From assembly GCA_048128005.1 (NCBI GenBank), contig JBEUKZ010000127.1, positions 248,001 to 312,000 on the forward strand: 64,000 nucleotides of DNA, written 5' to 3'. The translations under genes and the position numbers were made by a program. The DNA is from Veleropilina oligotropha (lineage: Eukaryota). Positions within the stretch are counted from its first letter, which is position 1. Every line of letters starts with the position of its first letter. Below the pieces are notes generated by a model. The model was not told where the DNA came from, made no database searches, and worked only from the letters and a program-made list of their open reading frames with translations. Of the stretch, positions 36,601 to 48,600 are shown in pieces.

Positions 36601-39600
36601 TTATTACTAAAAAATATCAGAATTCGTGAGATTCCCGAAAGTTTGTGAAAGTTTACATGTATGCACCGTACATCCCTACCGGATAATTTGAAAATTGAGA
36701 CCGGCTATTCTGCTCAAAAATGGCTAATTCCACACCGGATATTTTGACCGGCTAATTTGCAAATCGAGACCGGCTATTCCACTCAAAAACGGCTAATTCC
36801 ATACCGGATATTTTTGACAGGATATTTTGACCGGCTATTTCGACCGGCTATATTTTGACCGGCTATTTCGACCGGATATTTCGAACGGATATTTTGATCG
36901 TGCATTCCCATAAGCCATCACACCACGCCCGGATATTACTACACTGGACAATATCCCCGGCTAATATGCGATCACCATGACAACCCATGATACCAACAAG
37001 CAAGCGTATAAAAGGCTGAACTCACATGGAACCAAGGACACCCCTCTGATGAAGACCTGATAGTGGGTCGAAACCGGTCAGGGATTTTTACTATTGGCAC
37101 ACCATTTAGTGCAATCCAGCAGTCTTCCTCGTATATTCTACTGCCCCCTTTGCTCTATTGCACTCTAGGGAGACGATGTCCACTGGTACAAGACCACTCC
37201 AGATGGAGAGTGATATGAGCTTAACCCTTGATGGTGACGTCACCCCCTCTAACTCAGTGATAAACACACTGTTAGACAAAAATCCGAAACATGCACGGAC
37301 CTACTCCAGTCCAGATGATCGCATCAGTAGACGGGGAAAACCCAATCTATCTACTGAATGCCACACCCTTTATAATGAGTGCCACTCGACTCACGAAAAT
37401 TGAAACTCGATGCGATTTCCTCACGGAATGCTTCGCACAACAAGGTGTGCCATGAGGACTAACAGTCCGATGCACACCCAACATAGGCTTTAAGGATCAG
37501 CGTTTCATAACCAAATGGACCAACCTCCTAGCCACGTGCTCAACTGATCTTATGAACCTTCTGCTCGAATGTAAGCGAACCGTTAAAAACCACGGCTTCA
37601 ACACTCAAAAGGGAACTCGCGGATAAATGTCCATCAGACCTCTCAGAAGCAACTGATGCAATCCGCACCTGCTGTACCAGACTACGCACCACGAAAACGA
37701 ACGCCTCGTTAAGAAACTTATGGAATTCCTTGGACATATCACTAAGGAATTCACGTTCCGGACATATTTTCAAAGCCAAATATAAAAAGCAGTTGCTAGA
37801 AACATACTGATCTTACACTACCAAGTTATCAACAGCCTATTGGTTACATTATAACCTGTTACATATCTGTAGTTACTTTTCTACATTTTCCACAAATTAA
37901 CTATGAATATAGACTCTACGACACACACACACTCATGCACACAGGCACCCACTCAACTTAGGTCCAAACACTGTAATAAATAAGTTGAAAAACATGAAAC
38001 TTTTCCCTAGGGTGATCATGTTTATAAGCTCGCAAGGGTTTCTTTGATCATCCTACCATAGAAACATAATAATAATAATATATTTAAAGGTTTTACGTTA
38101 TATATACTTAAATCATTAGATTGCATTTGTGATATCGATGTTTGTCTTGTTTTTGTTTTGTTTTTAATTAATAACTGCAATTATTGTATTAAAGTTTTAC
38201 AATTTTATATTCAATGTTATTCATAAAGCTAATATTATTACTTTAAATTACTATGTTCTATTTTCACTTTGCTTCATGACTTCATATTAAATATACCAAT
38301 ATATAACATATAACGTATTACTATGTGACCAATACTATTTACTTGACTTTATATCATATAATTTTTGTACATTATACTGTCTATGGTGAAATAAATTCAT
38401 TCATTCATTCAAATAATAATACTCCGGTCTTATATAGCGCATTATTACGCTAGTGTCTCAATGCGCTGAACATTATTACCCCTGGTTATGGGCCTTTTCC
38501 ACTCGATATGCCATCTCAATTCCCTCTGGGAGCATTACAGTCATTTACACGCGGGTAGCGCCGTGACTTACATAACTGCCAACCAGGTACCCATTCAGAT
38601 CGGCTGGGTGGACCGAGGCAAATATATGCTTATTTCCTTGCCCAAGTGAAATCGTCGAGCCTTGGGGGCGAACTCGAGACTCTGTGACTATCCTAGTCAC
38701 CATGGATGTTACAGGTCTCTACAGCAACATCCCCAATCAAGAAGGTTTAGTCGCAATTGCTAAAACACTACGCGACCACAGACCAGACTATGATGTGTCA
38801 TCGTCCAGTCTGCTCAATCTCCTAAAATTGATATTACATTGCAACAATTTCAAGTTCAACAATGTCGACTATTTACAAATAGGGGGTACAACCATGGGCA
38901 CGAAAGTGGCGCCATCATACGCCAACCTCTTCATGCACCATCTTGAAACTAAGCTATTAAATTGGCGCTTACCCTTTGAAACCAAACCTATATCTCAGGC
39001 ACATTGACGACATTTTCTTCCAGACGAGACATTTCATGCTCGCACACCAAACAGTCATACCGCAAAAAAATGGTTGGCATCACATGCCAACTTTGCAGAG
39101 CCCAATTTGTTGGGCCAGACAAAGCGACACTTCAAATACTGCCTCAGCGAACACCTTCGTTAGGCCAGACTTAACAAAGATGAACCAACCGGTGTTCACT
39201 TTAACCTACCACACCACTCATTCAAGCATATGCATTTCGACATCATCGACGTGCTACAGGGCGACCCAGACGACCTGCACTCGAAATCACACAGAAATTC
39301 GAGGATAAACTACTGGATCTTCCGGCTCCATACACTCAAACCAGTCGGTCTACACTGTTTGGATCTAGCCTGAGACTAGTATCCTCCTCCTTTCTAGTTC
39401 TTGCTAATTTAAATACCTTTTGTGTTCTTTCTTCATCTCTCGACAGCAACAATTAATAGTGCATTAATAGACGTGATTATAGCACCACAAATCATAGTTC
39501 GCGCATCTGCCATTTTATAACTTCCTGTGATGTCCGCAAATTTAATAAATGTATACATAGTGCCGTGTTTTATTTTATTTTCTTAGATTACATTTTTTGT

Positions 39601-42600
39601 ATAAAATGAAAAATTCGCTCCCAGTATTTGAATTTGTAAAATAAATGCCTGCTTAAATTTAATTCGTTATTTTAGTGTGTAACAAGGTAGACAGGTGTGG
39701 TGTCATAGCTCTAGGTCACACGCCTGTAGTGCGTTGAATCCAAACTTTCACAATGCCCAAGTTCGGAACTGCCCAACTTCCTGCCCAGTATTGTTTCCGA
39801 ATTACCTATTTTCACAAAATGCAGCACATCTCCATTATTCAAATACAGTAGCAGAACTAGTTACAAACAACGTTTGTATTTAAACAAGAAAACGCGGCTT
39901 CTTTCTGAAGTTGATAATGTACCGTCAAAAGTTAACATGCATGGGCAGTGCCCAAATTAGGTATGGCTGCAATAGCGCCATCTATATTGGCCTATTATAA
40001 TCGAAAATAACTTTCAAATGGCTTTTGTTGCACTGTATATATGCAGGACCGGAGAAATAAATTATACTAGGAATTGAAACAATTGACAGTTATTAATGCG
40101 ACAATGATTGAAATCACCAGGCGTAAAGAAAGTGGAGCAATTAACAAGACTCTCAATAGCCGTTTGAAAAGCAGCGATGCGTTACATCAACAAAGCTCTA
40201 TAATTGATCTCGTGTCGTTTGTCTGGGAATTTACAGAAAGGAAAATAAATGGGCCTACAAGTATGTAGATTTATATGAGATAATTTATAAAAAACATGTA
40301 TCAGATACATTTTTACCTGCGTCTAGCAGGGTCAATGAGTGGTACATGTTGTTGTTCTTCTTGGGGGGAAGACAATTTTGAAATGATTTCAACCAGATCT
40401 TCCACCTTTTAGGCGACTTCGACAACAAGCCAATTTGAAAAAAGTGCATGACCACTTGATGTATGAATTGAGAGATGCTGCCTAACAGAATAGCAAATTA
40501 CCATGACAGCCTCTTGGATGAATAAATATTAAATCATACAGAAACGTGGTCTGTATTATATGTATCACACATGTTTCACAGTAGTAAAAGAGGTATAACA
40601 GTTAAACATTTTAAGATTTTGCATACTTTATTAAATTATAATTAATCAACTTTATTATAATTAACTAAGTCTGTCAAAGGGGCGTAACTCTTGAAAACCA
40701 ATTTGTGAATTCTATGAAATCATACAGAAACATGGTCTGTATTATATGTATCACACATGTTTCACAGTAGAAATTTTGCTTATGACGCAGGTTATTGCAC
40801 ACATTCTGTGCTTGTTATTATAAACATACAATTGTATAGTGTTTACTAAGCAATGCATATCAATATGATTCAATGAACTCCGACGGCACTGTTAATTTAT
40901 TGCGTTGCATCACATCGTCCATGTAATTATACAACTTTCCTATAATGCGGTCGGATACAATGCGGTTCCGATATATTGGACTCCAACTACTGCGTAATAT
41001 CGAGGCTGTCGTGCACAGCAAATATTGAATTATTTCCCCTTTTGAAGCTGCATTGGTTGCCGTTGAGAAAAGAGTGAGCACTCGATCTGAATCAGTCACT
41101 TGATGAGATAAGAGTGAGCACTCTATCTGAATCAGTCACTTGATGAGATAAGAGTGAGCACTCTATCTGAATCAGTCACTTGATGAGATAAGAGTGAGCA
41201 CTCTATCTGAATCAGTCACTTGATTGCTCTGACTAACAGGATTATATTTAAATCTTTGGTCGGCTCTTTTTAATTAGAAGTCACAGTTGTCTGGTTTTGC
41301 CTGGCGACTGGGGCTTCCTTCCAGGATAATATGGACCTGTACATGTCCTGGTATGACACTGACGGTTGTTTAAAACGAGAGATTAAGCATCTAACCAAAC
41401 AAAATTATTTTATGGAGGAAAAGTTAATAATTATAGTTTTGTTGCAAGATTCAACTTGCAAGTTCACAGGACTTTCTGTAATGTTATGTAGTATTAAATG
41501 TGATAATCCAGGATTATTCCTGAAAATTTTGTATCTTCTCACCACAAAGCAAACATGGCTGTGAATGTTTGTTCATGCATTTATACAACAAGTGTTTTAA
41601 CTTCAGTCAAATGGTAACCCAAAATATTCTTATTCTGTTTTGTAGACAACAACTGGAACGCTCTCACCAATTGCACCTGAACAATTTCGACATGGCTTTG
41701 AGGAAGAATCTATCATGAACCATGATAAGATGGGTTAGTTTTACAATATTAATAGATATAATTATCACAGTAAATAAGGAATTCTTGTGTTGGTACCATG
41801 GGGCTTTTCTGTTAATGGGATATAGTGAAGTGTGTAAATTTAATATTTGTGTCCTGGTCAATATAGGTGGGGATACTGTAATTTTAACTTCGTTTTTCTG
41901 GAGCTTTTTCCACAGAGATTTCTTGTGTGTATTCTATCTATAGCTAACAGTTACTAGGGCTAGAATTGTCTCCCAATGCATTGCATAGAGTGAGATTACA
42001 GTTATAGGTATTAGATAATCACATTTGCTTCAAATTTGATATTCACATTAGTTATGATTTTAGTCATTTGCGCATAAAATAATGGCTGCATTTGGAAGAT
42101 ACATCTAGTTGTGGGCTTGAGACTTTTGCGACCTATTTATTGCATTTGGTTGATGGATTAAAATAGGTTTGTGAATGTTGGAATATCTCCATAAAATTTC
42201 ATCATAACTAAATAAATACAGTATTACTATTACTAAACATGATCATTAATTGAAAAGTGATATGTCTGGATCATTTGTAATAGCGCATGCATTAATCCAA
42301 GCGTTGACGATTATTTTCACCATATATTTCAGTTTTAAATGTTGAAATGTGTATTGAAAGAGACACAGCCCCGAAGATAATGTCTGTAGAGTCTGTGTTA
42401 ATGAAGGTAATTAAGACTTCTGTACAATTAGATTATATTTTCATTTCTATGTATATTATGATTTTTAATGATTGATTTTGATTTAATTACGAATTGTCAA
42501 TTCTTATAGATAGATAGATATCATTTACTTGGTCAATACATGTACAGTTGATATTATATAATTATTATGTATTATGCAGAAACCTAAAGTCTACGAATAT

Positions 42601-45600
42601 GTCAAATGGCTTGGTCATCGTGCTGCGCAATGATGCACATAATAAAACGACCATAAGAAGAGTTAATTTTCAAGAAAATGTACATGTTACCTACAGTGAA
42701 AGATTTATGATCATGTGTACACGACATAGATCAACCAATGAGAATAATTATGTAGCTCGAGAGTTTACTTATGGCTGAGCTATATACTTACTATTGCATA
42801 TGTTGCTATATGGGCTCTTTTTTTCAATATAACTTATTTAAAAACATAATGTAATATTATCAGTGATACCGGCATTGTGTGTCTTGCTTCAGTACCTTTT
42901 GGACTCGCGAGTGGATGCAGTTTGGCAGGATTTCATGATGGAGCTCGCTGCAGGAGTATATTTGCCACCAAATCCGTTTCCTCGCCTGGTGACCTTCCTC
43001 AGACAGTGTGCTATGAGGTCAGGTTATATCATTGGACAAATATTAACTTTACTCTCAATCAGTCCAATCCAATTGATAACTCCATCAATTTTCATGCCGA
43101 TTTGATTTGAATGTTTAACGACCACGCCAACATTATTTCAGTCATAATCGGGTCGGTCTATTTTCATGCATTCTTCGCCAAATGTTGCATTGATGTTTGT
43201 GACAATATGATCTAGACCAAGTTCCATAATTAGCAAAATCGTGCCAATACAAGCAGAGTTATACATACTTCTAGAATGACTTAAAATTGACATTATGCAT
43301 GCTGTCTGATTGATAACTAATCATTACTATATTAATTTAATGATTGACATGCAAGAAATACTGTTATACACAGACAGTGAACATACGTCCATCTATATTT
43401 GACAAAGTAGATAATTATTTTTGTTTAACTGGTTATTAATAGTATATTGTTATTGATGTTAACCCTTTACAAGTATGCCAGCTGTCTATATATTTGTTGC
43501 AGGATGGACCTGTGCTACGAGAAGTCGTCTGTGCTCCAAGAACGCCTGACGATTGGTCGTGCCCAGCTAGAGGATCCTGCTAACTTTGTCTACACCGTCG
43601 AAGGAACCAATGCATATGGTTATTATATTTTCGGAGTTTAATTTATATCAGCATATTCATAATGAATCTGCATTGTTTCATCCAAATTTCTGTGTCTAAT
43701 ACACAGGTGGTAAGGTGAAAAGATTGAAGACTTGATTGAAGACCAGGAAATTTTACGCAATGGTATATCGTCTGGCGTATGGCCATTCATGCATTATTGT
43801 TGCTTCCCCATAGGGCGACATAAACAATCTTGTTGGGCGCCATTCTGTAGTTGCTCCTGAACAAAGTCGGAGCATTAATACTTATGATATAGCAACCAAG
43901 ATATATTTAAAAAATTTGGTTATGGATGCTCCTTTAGTATGGAACACCCCCTAAGTTTCCCGTATTAATGGATGGCACTTATAGATAGGATTGATCCTAG
44001 GTTAATATATTGATTGTCCGATATCGTTTCTCATTATCTACTCATCCAAGGTGGAAGGGCACATGAATCATACACAGATGACTGGTTTTTTGTTTGTTTG
44101 TCGCTACTCATCCAAATTGGTAAAGCCTATTGAATCTGTATTTTGACTGTTGTAATGAGTACATGCTCTAGTGTTTAGCAAATGGATGCTGTGCTCATGA
44201 CTTCATCAGCATGATAATATTTATTTTTGACATGCACATATTTTGATATCTTTCATTCGTAGGACCATTGAGTGCTTTAGCGACATTAGATACTAATGCA
44301 TTCTTCACAATCATTGAAGTTGCAAGACAGTTTGCTCAAACAAGTTACATTCAGAAGAAAGGTTCTTTTAAGGTAAGTTTGACTAATCAAATTGGATAAG
44401 AGATCGGAATGTCATAATTATTAAGGAAAGTAGAAAAAACAAACCAAAATGTATAATTAAAGCTATTATATAATGTATTTCATATTAACTTTATGTAAAA
44501 TAATATTGATAACCTTTTATTATGATTAGTACATGTAATTCTGAAGATAAAAACACAATATGTTTTGTAACTTTAGCATGATGTTCTGTTGTGTGGGTTA
44601 GACTAAGTGAAAGACAGTATCTTGGCAACATTCTCTCCCCTTTCAGATCGGTATCTGCCCTGCCCTCAGTGGGTGGAGTCCATTCTATGGTAAGATAATG
44701 CCCTATCTGCTCTCCCTGGATCTGAATGAGCATTACTACATCCAGGGGCCACCGGGATGCGCCGGGGAGGCGGTCCAGTTGTTCGCTAAAATAGGTGCGT
44801 GTATTAATACAGAGATTTACAATACCCGATTTCTTCTGCTGAACATAAAACGTTATCCGGAAAGAATAATACAGTATTACAAGTGTAATGTGTTGTTAAT
44901 TTTCTTTCTAATTAAATTATATTTCAATTGAATATTCAGATATTATATATTCCATGTAATTGCGTGCAGGTATTCACCCCCACAAATAAAGTAGTGGTTC
45001 ATTTCATATCAAAATGGGTGCCATGCAGTGCACAGTCACTTTAGGTTAATTTTAATGGAACGATACGATCTGGATGTGTTACAATTATTGTTTTTCATTA
45101 CATTTACAACCAAAGCTTCAACAACGAAGAATTTACATATAGGTTATTGCAAATTAATAATATTATGTATGAATATACTATAAACTTTAAAGTAAATTTG
45201 TTTGGAAGGTACGCTGTCTCCACAAGACTCACCTGTGAGTGTTGGCAATTGAAAGTGTCTTGACAATGTATGTATTCATGCGTTGTTCTTGGATATGCGG
45301 ATGTGCTGCACTCAGGTTGACTGTGCCCTAAGTTGGACAAATATTTGCTATAATAGGTTTATTAAGATCACTGTGCTTCAAGGAGCACTTGGTGATTTTG
45401 ATTGCATTAATAGGATCATTTAAATTCCATTTTATACTATTATCTGTATGATTAATTTTGGAATAAACTTTTGTTATTTTTTATGGGCTACCACCACATC
45501 ACATTTAATGATATTCAATGTTTTTGGTATTGAATTCCTACCAGTTTGTACCCATGTGACTGAGCTCTGCCGGACCGCGACCGTACCGATTATGGGGATG

Positions 45601-48600
45601 TTTATGGGCTCCGACGAGATCAGGTGGACCAAGGATGACATCCTCACCAGACAGAGGCTCTTCACTACCGACCTGGAGCGCGTCTGTTTGCAGAAAGAAA
45701 CCATCTGCTTCAAGGTATGCTGCCCTGACCCTACAGGGATTATATAACTAGTATTTATCAATCATTGTTTGTAACCGGAAAAGACAGATGGGTTTTTACG
45801 AGATATGGGTCAATTATGATTTCAGCTGTCAGACCAATGAATGCAAAGCTGTTCGCAAATCCATGTACCACCTCAGTCAGGGTTGACATTACCTCTGGAA
45901 CAATATTTAATTGACAAACTGCACATTAATCTGGCATGTTTATAAATGCCATTGAACAAGTATATAAATCACACTGTTCTGTTTAAACATTTCTAGGCAA
46001 TTTATTATTAAAAAATATTACTTGGTGAAAGAATAAATGCAATACAAATATTACCATCATTACATTTAGTCAGTCATGCTTTATATTCTATATTTGCCAC
46101 AGAGTAAAACTGACTGTGTAGACGTTTTACTTCTGAGATTTTTTCTTTTCTTCAGGCATATGCAGAATCTGACTGGCGAATGCTTCCTGTCAACAAATAT
46201 TTCCTATTCCATTACCTCACAGACGAATCATTCGAGTGAGTCTAGTTAGATATGATCACCATGCAGTATAATTCAAACCGTGTAGTCTATTCCACGAAAT
46301 ATTTTGCATACATTACCTGGAGAGGCACCACGTGAATTTCAAATGGATATTTTGTGTTTTTCTACGACAATGATATGGGCATGTCCATGACCCTAGATGT
46401 TAAATGGGACAAAAAAACCAAATGCATGGTTATGAAATTGTCATTTTTAAAATCACGAACCAAGGTCAATATGAAATTGTTAACGCTTCGAGGTTAAAGT
46501 CATGAAAGTATATGAACACATCAACTAGGTGTTTTATTGTGTACATTTGGCTATTTTTATGCTGTTCAAAAGAGTATTTGCATATTTTGTGATTGGCAGT
46601 GGTTGATTAATATGAGCAAACTGCAAAATTGTTCACTAAGGGGCATATATCCACTCAATGATGGGAGAATGTGGCATGGAGCAGAATCTTAATACATGCA
46701 TATATATAGCCTTTTTATCTTGTTGCAGCACAGACGAATTTTTTGAGGCAAACCCAGGAAGCTTTTACCAGAATGTGTTCTTCACAAGAGAAAGAGTAGG
46801 AAATTTTCCTTTATATATATAGTAGCTACATGTGTATCGTTTGTCAAATTTATCAAGGATGATAAAGTAAAAAGTGGCTATATGAAATGACATAACCTGT
46901 ACCTATGAAGACTGTCGTAATAATTATAAGCATGTGCAAAATGCAGGCGAGGGCGAACAATCCTTCATCTTTGAGACAAAAAGGATAATTTTATGAACAT
47001 ATTTCATACTACATTTCAAATTGCAACTCATACAAAATGGTGGAAATGGTGCATAAATGTTGGTAGAAAATGTCGCATTTTCACTCTTAAAGTGCCTGGT
47101 GAGGGGTTTTCACACCATTAATGGTCAAAATTTTCATCTGCGTATATAGTATATTTCGACCATCACATTAAATTCTTGGATATACGATAATGATATATGT
47201 CTAATATATTTTGTTAACATGAATAGGTGATGTCCTTTACAAATACATCAATAATCACGTCACGTCGTGTACCTGAATGTTGTCCTTTATTGAAGCAGAC
47301 AACTTTGAAAATCATGAGGTCATCCTGGTGGTCGTGTGGTATCGAGTGCCGACTCTGAAATCACTGGCTCGATTGTGTTCATGCACTCACAGGAGTGGGT
47401 TCACAGGAGTGGGTTCACAGGAGTGGGTTCACAGGAGTGGGTTCACAGGAGTGGGTTCACAGGAGTGGGTTCACAGGAGTGGGTTCACAGGAGTGGGTTC
47501 ACAGGAGTGGGTTCACAGGAGTGGGTTCACAGGAGTGGGTTCACAGGAGTGGGTTCACAGGAGTGGGTTCACAGGAGTGGGTTCAAACCACTGCTGGTGC
47601 AGTAACAGTTCATTGTTCAGTTTTCTATCACAGTTGTCCGTAACTGCCCGGAGAGGACGGTTTCCCCGGGCAACCATGCTTTTCTCCTGCGATAATATGA
47701 ACATGTCCTGCTTTGAACCTGATGGTGGAAATATACAGGACATCAATCATCAATCCTCTCATTCATTCAAAATTATGATTTTATGTGAATGCATAAACAA
47801 CTTGAAGATAATCTACCTTCTGCTTGTCGAAGTACGGTACTAAATAAATGCCAATTATGCGAAAATTGAAGTTTTATTCTGTTGACTAATCATTTGTAGT
47901 ATTAATTTCACTGTCAGTTAACTGTGTAAGGATGCTTTGAAGAATGCAAATATTGACAGAAAAAACAATAAACGAGCAAATATGTGTCTGTGTATTCTCA
48001 CAAAACATTTTCAAAATTTTAAATAAAATTCTCAATAAAATGAAGAAGGATATAACAACGTTTAGCCAGACTCTGCAATTTCGTTATGATGTTTCAGGCA
48101 GCATTTCACTATCAAAATGGTGGACCCATCTCTGGTGGCGATCCTTTGAGTGTTCCAAACATTCGGATAGCATGCAACCACATCGACAAAAGAATTATGG
48201 CCTCCATCGAGCAGTGTGATTTTCTATCAGTCCACAAGGATCTTCTCTTGAAGGCTTTGATATCTGGCGTAAGTGCATGCATGTAACGAAGTAGACACGA
48301 TGGTAAGCACTTACAATAGCCTGGTCATTTCTATGTTTGTCTCGACTCATTCTTATAATTAGTTCCATGCATCATAATTATACCATTGGCTATCTTGAAG
48401 AGTTCCTATCAGATAAACACTTCATTAAACAAGACATTCACAGATTGCTTACTCCCTCCACGCCGAGTTTACGATTTGCACATTTACATTTCCCGATCCT
48501 GAGGAGGAACGAGCCATGGGTACACCTAACTTGTGTAAAAAATTGAGTAAATAATATCAGTATTATTTCAGTTGTGTGAATAGACATATTACATACATGC

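Larger units (their letters stand above)
36950..39375 (+). mobile_element. Fragmented Penelope-like element (Neptune-like): pLTR with TATA and hammerhead, N-terminal ORF relic, RT, GIY-YIG C-terminus
   Basis: [16 protein letters not shown]...[22 protein letters not shown]...RHIDDIF (38684-39020); endonuclease end HFNLPHH...[14 protein letters not shown]; interrupted by a SINE. Confidence 0.9.
34973..41013. mobile_element. Pogo-like MITE ends enclosing a ~6 kb stack of nested insertions
   Basis: ta-catgacagcctcgata ... tatcgaggctgtcgtg; tataatgcg subterminal repeats at both ends. Confidence 0.6.

Noticed and set aside
47387..47582. Interstitial telomeric repeat or [14 protein letters not shown] repeat protein
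   Set aside because: The unit comes from a SINE head; the ORFs are a by-product of a stop-free repeat.
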